From an uncultured virus (IMG/VR IMGVR_UViG_3300037524_000956) (lineage: Duplodnaviria > Heunggongvirae > Uroviricota > Caudoviricetes), in the IMG/VR virus record IMGVR_UViG_3300037524_000956: a DNA stretch of 64,000 nt; one strand, given 5' to 3'. The position numbers and the translations under genes were made by a program. Each line of letters starts with the position of its first letter. Position 1 is the first letter of the stretch. Of the stretch, positions 63,850 through 64,000 are shown piece after piece. The notes under the pieces are model-generated. The model was not told the DNA's origin. It did no database searches and was given only the letters and a program-made list of their open reading frames with translations.

Positions 63850-64000
63850 GTTATTTCCTTATTCCACCATCTAATATTACTCTTAATACTCGGCCCCATT
63901 GCCTCAATCATACGACAAAGCATTTCGGCCAAGATAAAATCTGGCATATCTATCTTATTTTCAATACTATGCTTATTGATAAGTTGTGTTAATTCTTTCT

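Larger units (their letters stand above)
1..64000. mobile_element. Tailed dsDNA bacteriophage genome, near complete; probably podovirus-like with a proteobacterial host
   Basis: TerS/TerL, portal, scaffold, capsid, lysis, tail and replication modules in two converging arms; no host housekeeping genes; no tape-measure or sheath gene recognised. Confidence 0.95.

Noticed and set aside
19780..63992. Numerous + strand ORFs opposite late genes (and - strand ORFs opposite early genes)
   Set aside because: Antisense shadows of long genes, without RBS or recognisable motifs
1..64000. tRNA genes, diversity-generating retroelement, terminal repeats
   Set aside because: No cloverleaf, reverse transcriptase, TR/VR pair or end-to-end repeat noticed by eye; a computational scan is needed to exclude them

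Overview
The window is a near-complete (about 64 kb) genome of a tailed dsDNA phage with two converging arms. The + strand arm (1-19.2 kb) carries early, recombination, replication and nucleotide genes: an SF1 helicase, a PD-(D/E)XK nuclease, thyA, a Sak4-like ATPase with an SSB-like partner, a ParB-methyltransferase fusion, a split UDG/exonuclease/family A polymerase, a DUF3987-like ATPase and dcd. The - strand arm (19.2-63.8 kb) carries TerS/TerL, portal, scaffold, an N4-gp56-type major capsid protein, adaptors, lysis genes, many tail genes and a 3155-aa polyvalent protein. I recognised no integrase, RNA polymerase, primase, tRNA or CRISPR array. The most notable observations are: (1) an R67/DfrB-type dihydrofolate reductase between terL and portal, which would complete a Dcd-ThyA-DHFR thymidylate loop; (2) five intergenic copies of a 25-bp palindrome, TAYGWAA-N11-TTWCRTA, in a genome encoding a ParB(GERR)-HTH-methyltransferase fusion; (3) a small secreted protein with a PEP-CTERM/VPxP-type exosortase sorting signal; (4) a polymerase split inside its proofreading domain, with His at the position equivalent to E. 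coli Pol I F762; (5) a giant protein with three ADP-ribosyltransferase-like modules, two zincin motifs and a recurring x-(F/Y)-S junction motif; (6) apparent strong enrichment of CGCCGG/CCGGCG. All family assignments come from motif recognition by eye, not database searches.
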